Notes under the pieces: generated by a model | What the model was told of the DNA's origin: nothing | Databases searched by the model: none | What the model saw: the letters and a program-made list of their open reading frames with translations, nothing else | Position numbers and translations under genes: made by a program | Shown here: positions 51,535 to 57,471 of the stretch, one piece after another | Layout: each line of letters opens with the position of its first letter | Numbering within the stretch: the first letter of the stretch is position 1 | Source: Phoronis australis | Lineage: Eukaryota > Animalia > Phoronida | Reading direction: 5' to 3' | DNA length: 57,471 bases | NCBI GenBank assembly: GCA_002633005.1 | Contig: NMRA01000752.1 | Span: forward strand, 1-57,471

Positions 51535-51779
51535 CATGCGTGCACCCGGGGGGTTGGCTCGGGGGGCTTGAACGTGCCCCCCCATTTGGCGAAGTGGGCA
51601 AAAAAGTCCGCCTCAGAGAAACAAAAAGTCCGAGCAAACGAGAGAAAAGTCCACTAAAAAGGCGCAGACGCACAGTGAAAGGTGGTACCCCGTTTTTTTA
51701 GTCCTCCCCTTTTTTGCCACCAAAAGGTGCACATCGCCAGAAATTCGAGCCCCCATGTTAAAGGCTGGGTGTGTGCATG
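51535..51779. mobile_element. 245-bp MITE with 5-bp TSD
   Basis: TIR CATGCGTGCACCC/GGGTGTGTGCATG. CTCTT is duplicated at 51530-34 and 51780-84. Shares CCAGAAATTCGAGCCCCC with ~4764-4781. Confidence 0.7.
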
Positions 51780-51807
51780 CTCTTCGCCGTGTTTCTACGT
51801 GACGAGT

Positions 51808-54800
51808 CCCTTACAAAAATGAACTTAAGTTTTCATCGAAAAACTTAAGTTTTTGGTCTGAAAAACTTAAGTTTTCATTCACGAAAACTTAAGTTTTTGA
51901 AAAAACTTAAGGTTTTGAAAACTTAAGTTCTGAAAACTTAAGTTCGTTCCAAAAAACTTGTTCCAAAATACTTAAGTTTTTGAAAAACTTAAGTTTTGGA
52001 ACAAGTTTTTAGTAACAAACATAAGTCATCAAAACTTAAGCTTTTGAAAACTAAGTTTTCCGAACATAAGTTTTCAAGAAACTAACTTTTGAAAACTGAA
52101 GTTTTCTAAAAGCAATAAGTTTCAATAAGACAGGCATTCAAAAATTTCTACTTTCACTAAAACAAGAGTGGAGTACAGTAACAAATTTAATGATTCTCAT
52201 AAAGATTTAACAAACTAGAGTTATATTAACATTTCATTAACAGTGATTATTTGCAGAAAATAAAATGCACTTCCTAAAATACACTAGTTCCTTAAAATAA
52301 ATAAGTGAACATAAGTGAAATATCAAAATCTTAAAAACCATTTCAAAATCAGTTCATCAAGAGTCATGCATACAATGCAGTGAAAACTAAATGAGGCTAA
52401 TAACATAATTGCACCGTTCTCAGTCTATGACAATTATGCGATAACTGAGGGAGCAAAATGGAATGTGCAAACAGAGAAATCACTACCAAATCATGAAACA
52501 CAACCAAAGAAAATGTGATTACATAGCCAGGAAGGACTACAACAAAAGTCTACGTTTCAACAGCAGACTTTTTCAACTAAAATTACAGCAATGACACCAA
52601 GAATAACAAATCACTTAATATGCAAAATCCAAGAATATCCGCAGAGACAAAAGCATAACATAAAACGTAACAGGTAACTAAAAGTTTATCGACAATGGCC
52701 ACAGATCTGATTTTGGGAAGTACAATCCTTATACTAGAAATAGTGATTAGAATCACCTGTAATTGTTTTCAACCTTAAAAACATCAATTTAAGAGTCAAA
52801 GTTTCGTTTTCGTGACAATCATAATAACAGTAAATCCAAAACACTCCATGGTGCGAACAAGTTTCACTAAAAGTAAGTACAACCTGGTTATACGAGATGG
52901 AAATTAGAAAACTTAGACCTTTAACAACAAAAATGTTCCTTTTCCTTTAATTTAAAGCTACTGAACTTCATACACATATCTATAGGGCCTTTCATACTAA
53001 CATCGACGCGTCGAAGTTTTTGGGAGTTAATGTCAGTATGAACGCTTAGACTTTGGTCCTGGAATGAAATTAACAGCGCCAGTTAACTTCGCACTAAACA
53101 GGTGGATCTGATTTAATTGCTTAGCGTCAACGCTGCCACGCAGTATAAACGATCAACTTCGGTCCTATCGAAGTTATTGCCTGGGGCCACTGTTATCATT
53201 AACAATTGCATAGTAGTGTGATGGCTAATAGTTGCCTATTCCTTGCTCTAATAATCACCAATCAATTTAAAAATAAGTTTTATGTCAATCAACACATGTA
53301 AATGTTCCCAAGTTGTCACATCTTAGCGTGCAGTGCTACCTTGCGGTACCTTCGATCATGACAGCGTCACTTACTGTATACTTCGAAGTTCATTAACTAC
53401 CGAAGCCAGAATGAACGGTCCAGTTAACTTCGCAGTATATGCCGATGCTCCTCTCAGACAAGAGTTAAGTCAATGTGAAAGGCCCCTATGGTAGACCACA
53501 AGCCATTTAATCTTTAGCTGGATCTGCTCGCTTAGCTTCACAGGCAAACAATCCATGTTTTGTGACTACAAACGCGCGTTTCTGAGCTCAGATAACTGAA
53601 ATCATAGGTTCATGAGCTGCAGTTCGTAAGTGCGTACGTTGCGTTGTCTTCCTTATCCAGCGATTGTTGAAAGCACACTCTGCAATAAAGACAACAAATT
53701 TTAATAACAGACAGGTAAAAGCTATCAGCATAAGACAAATAACTTGCTGGATATTTACCATGCTGTTTATACAACACTGACTTATATACAGAGCCTAGAA
53801 AATAGTCTTCAAACTCAAAATTTAACCAATCACTCTTCAGAATTCAAGTGCAAGACTAGTCTGCAAGTTTACTTCAAGCATGCACTGCAGTGGGTCAGTT
53901 TTCCACATACTGTTTTGAATGGAGTTTTAATCCTGTATTCGCGACATTCAAAACAATTTTATTCTATACAACTTGAATACAAAACATGCACATGGTCACC
54001 TATCATGCTATTACAATCTAGAACAAACCGTGCATATGACAAAACTTAACGTGTTAATAAAAGTTGGACTTCAGGCTAACCAGGTATTGTGTTCTGTAAC
54101 TTTTTAGTTCAAGTTCTATGACAAATTAATTAATATTTTTATCAAATGATGAAACTGTTGGCAACTGCAATAAACTACAATTCCCGTTATTTTAATGAAC
54201 TTTTCATTTTTTAATTCGTTAATCTGATAAGAAAATGCACAACTCTACATAATGAGCAGAGCTAGTTGTATTCTAACTAGCTGTCTCCAGCCAGCATAGA
54301 ACTTCTTACTAATGTTTCATGGACATTTAGCCAGCACAACCAGGGTTAGAACTTAGAACTGAAAGTTTAATCTCACATGTATACTTTCGCGTGTACTTTT
54401 TGAAACTAATAGCAAAACCAAGAAGCTTTACACTGACTTGACCAAATGGCCACAAGAATCAGTGAGCTTGTTAAAGATTATAAGCCCATTGGCTAAACCA
54501 AGGACATATTTCATATTGTTTCAAATTCAAACCCTGATAGCAGCACTATTTTTAACTCAACAATGAACCATATGAAGCTCTACCTGCCATGTCGATGTAG
54601 ACAGCGCAATACCACCCCTGGGTGATTGTTTCGATGCAAATGTTTGGATGTCTAGTTCTTCCAAGTACTCCGCCAACTTAATAGAGACCTGAAAACAAGG
54701 AGATATTAGCAAACATAACAGTATGTGATAGCTTCTTAAGAATCCAGACATAACCCATTTACAGGGAATGCTATCCATGTAAAGATCTGGGGCGGTCGGG

Positions 54801-55940
54801 CGGATCCAGGATTTTGAGTTGGGGGGTTAGGGCAGAGTAGGGTTTTGCCCATCAGACATTCACCCCCTGCCCCCCCAACTGCCAATTGATCTTGTAGCGT
54901 TTTNGGGGCCGGGGCCATGGCCTCTTAGCTGTCCTCTGAATCCACCATTGAAGATACTGGCATGGTCATCACGAGAGGTCTTATGTAACCATAATGGTTT
55001 ACAGTAAAAATAAAATTATTATCTCATGTACTACAGTAAACATAAAAATACTATATCCTGTACTCCGTTTGATGTTATGCTTTTGTCTCTGCGGATATTC
55101 TTGGATTTTGCATATTAAGTGATTTGTTATTCTTCTGTCATTTTAGTTGAAAAAGTCTGCAGTAGAAACGTAGACTTTTGTTGTAGTTCTTCCTGGCTAC
55201 TTTATCACATTTTCTTGGGTTGTGTTTCATGATTTGGTAGTGATTTCTCTGTTTGTACATTCCATTTTGCTCCCTCAGTTATCGCATAATTGTCATAGAC
55301 TGAGAACGATGCAAATAATGAATAAATTATTAGCCTCATTTAATTTTCACTGCATTGAATGCATGACACTTGATGAACTGATTTTTGAAATGTTTTTGGT
55401 TTTTAAGATTTTATATTTCACTTTTGTTCACTTATTTTAAGGAACTAGTGTATTTTAGGAAGTGCATTTTATTTTCTGCAATTAATCACTGTTAATGAAA
55501 TGTTAATAGAACTCTAGTTTGTTAAATCTTGATGAGAATCATTAAATTTGTTACTGTACTCCACTCTTGTTTTAGTGAAAGTCGAAATTTTTGAATGTCT
55601 GTCCTATTGTAACTTATTTCTTTTAGAAAACTTCAGTTTTCAAAAGTTAGTTCCTTGAAAACTTATGTTCGGAAAACTTAGTTTTCAAAAACTAAGTTTT
55701 GATGACTTAGGTTTGTTACTAAAAACTTGTCCAAAACTTAAGTTTTTCAAAAACTTAAGTTTCTGAAAAACTTAAGTCTTTGAAAACTTAAGTTATGAAA
55801 ACTTAAGTTCGTTCCAAAAAACTTGTTCCAAAATACTTAAGTTTTCGCCAAAAACTTAAGTTTTCGGGAATGAAAACTTAAGTTTTTCAGACCAAAAACT
55901 TAAGTTTTTCGATGAAAACTTAAGTTCATTTTTGTAAGGG
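51808..55940. mobile_element. 4.1-kb non-autonomous foldback element (EnSpm/CACTA-like) with ~860-bp inverted arms and subterminal AAACTTAAGTTT arrays
   Basis: Termini CCCTTACAAAAATGAACTTAAG / CTTAAGTTCATTTTTGTAAGGG. Arms 51808-~52674 and ~55057-55940 are reverse complements. No long internal ORF. Confidence 0.9.
52984..53486. mobile_element. PIF/Harbinger-like MITE nested in the foldback element
   Basis: TIR GGGCCTTTCA.A.T.AC / GT.A.T.TGAAAGGCCC, a 3-bp TAT duplication (52981-83, 53487-89) and internal GTTAACTTCG sub-repeats. Confidence 0.75.
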
Positions 55941-57049
55941 ATGCAACAAGTTTTGGATGAAAAACGTGAAAGTTTTCTTTACATTTGATCTTTAATTTGA
56001 CTTGTGACGTTAACAAATTGTATTAGATCGGTTGCTTCCCGGTCAAGACAACGCTGTATAGTCATTTTGTAAACGCGGCTGTTTTTCGCAGTCTTCGCCC
56101 ACAATTGATTTTGTTTGTGTAACGCCAAACTGCATCGTTTTTGCGTGTTTTAAGTTATTCACCGGTCTCCTATCATGCGCTCATGATGAAGGATTAGTGA
56201 GTGAGTTGTTACACCGCCAAGAGTTCTCACTCCGGGGATTTTATTTTCATAGTATTGACCCTTGCAGTACGGACGCGAAATTCACCCTCCAGTATGCCCT
56301 ACACCCATGGAGTTCGACGGCTCTAACTTCGAAATCATACTATGGTTACGATTTCCACGAACTAAGACTGTGACATCAAACTCGGAATGACCACTGTTGG
56401 GGCTACAGCCAATTAATTGTAGCTTTGCGCATTCTGTTTTCATGTATCGGTGACGTTAAAATCTGGACTAGTTACATGTACACGTAGGCTCCTATCAGTT
56501 GGTCGTTCACGTTCTTCCAAAAATAATTATTTCCTGTCACCAACATATTGACAAATTATGTAAAATAAAACAATTCTGAACGGGAAGATGTGAATACGTG
56601 GTGAAGAGGTATTTGTCTCTACGCCGGCGGCATATGTGCGTGAATCTTTGGTAAAGCGATTACGATGGCAAAAAATGATTGAAAATACATCAAGGTGCAC
56701 TTTTGAGAAGCAAAGTGTCTGGTGATATCCATAGCGTATGATCTGGCCACTTCAGGTAGTAAGTGACGCTGGATGAGAAGTGGCAACTACATGTTTGGCT
56801 TGTAACGCCACCCCTCCACGAGTTTTGCCAATTTTAATCAGTCACCACTCGAGATTTGGTTCCGTTTCAGTCCTAAAATCACAAAATAATTCTTCTGTGC
56901 TCAGCTGTAAGAAAAAATACAATTTTTTGAAATGGTGCTCAGTCTTAAAAAAAGTTTCCAGCATGAGAACGCTTTATCAGAAATGCCAAGCAAACGCAGC
57001 GTTGAGAGACGTTGGCGTTTCCGTACATGTATGTCCACAAAAGTGCTTT

Positions 57050-57420
57050 GAGCAGTGTTTATAAATTTGTTCACTTCGCTTTTCTACACTGACGACTATG
57101 CTCAACGCGGTGTTTTAAAAGAGTACACTTTTGAGGGCATTTAAAAAAATAAAAATGTTTAGTTGATGAATTCACCGAGTCGGTGCCCACGGGCAGAAAA
57201 CGTATCTGCGTAAAGAAAGAGTTGCGTTTTCAAAACTTTCAGAGCATGAACTACCTGAAAAGAAAATAAAACCGAATACCAAACAGAAACTTGTCCGTTG
57301 ATCATATAGCTCTTGGAAAACTGTTACCCCGAAGAAATGTGCAAGATACGAACGTCATTTACGGAAGGTTGTACCAGAAGTGATTCTTTGACAGCAGTGG
57401 AGCCGCCACGGGATAGTAAA
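57050..57420 (+). mobile_element. Decayed Tc1/mariner-type transposase C-terminus
   Basis: KPNTKQKLV..WKTVTPKKCARYERHLRKVVPEVI..GAATG resembles the Tc1-like C-terminal pattern KPxTKxEL..FWxTVT..C..YIxHL.KV.P.VI...G.AT. Upstream catalytic motifs are only faint. Confidence 0.55.
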
Positions 57421-57471
57421 AACACGGTGATGTGCAATAGTTAGCTGAATGGAAAGCTGAAGCGGAAAAAT

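Overview
This is AT-rich, intron-containing eukaryotic DNA, most likely from a marine invertebrate animal (inferred from gene and transposon content). Two genes look intact, both on the - strand: a two-exon single-cysteine-cluster Toll-like receptor (33722..31204 + 28557..28305, ~923 aa) and a two-exon ecdysteroid-kinase-like (EcKL) gene (47671..47524 + 44481..43331, ~432 aa). The + strand carries the last two exons of a divergent CMPK2-like gene (18512..18712 + 22601..22913) and a five-exon, intron-retaining pseudogene fragment of DSTYK (10940..13507). The rest is dense with mobile-element remains. These include a decayed L1/Tx1 LINE, a second LINE RT fragment, a Penelope-like RT fragment, three tRNA-derived SINE copies, Kolobok/THAP elements, a 4.1-kb foldback element with ~860-bp arms, many MITEs, a Tc1-like remnant and several minisatellites. 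The most notable observations are an immunity-flavoured neighbourhood (CMPK2-like + TLR + EcKL), exon/splice-donor junctions amplified into tandem repeats, a Kolobok element built from two 5' ends, a tRNA-like cassette inside an inverted repeat, and in-window evidence that the abundant TACATGTA and TAGCCTA motifs are insertions at TA sites (probable excision footprints). All family calls come from motif recognition by eye; no searches were run.
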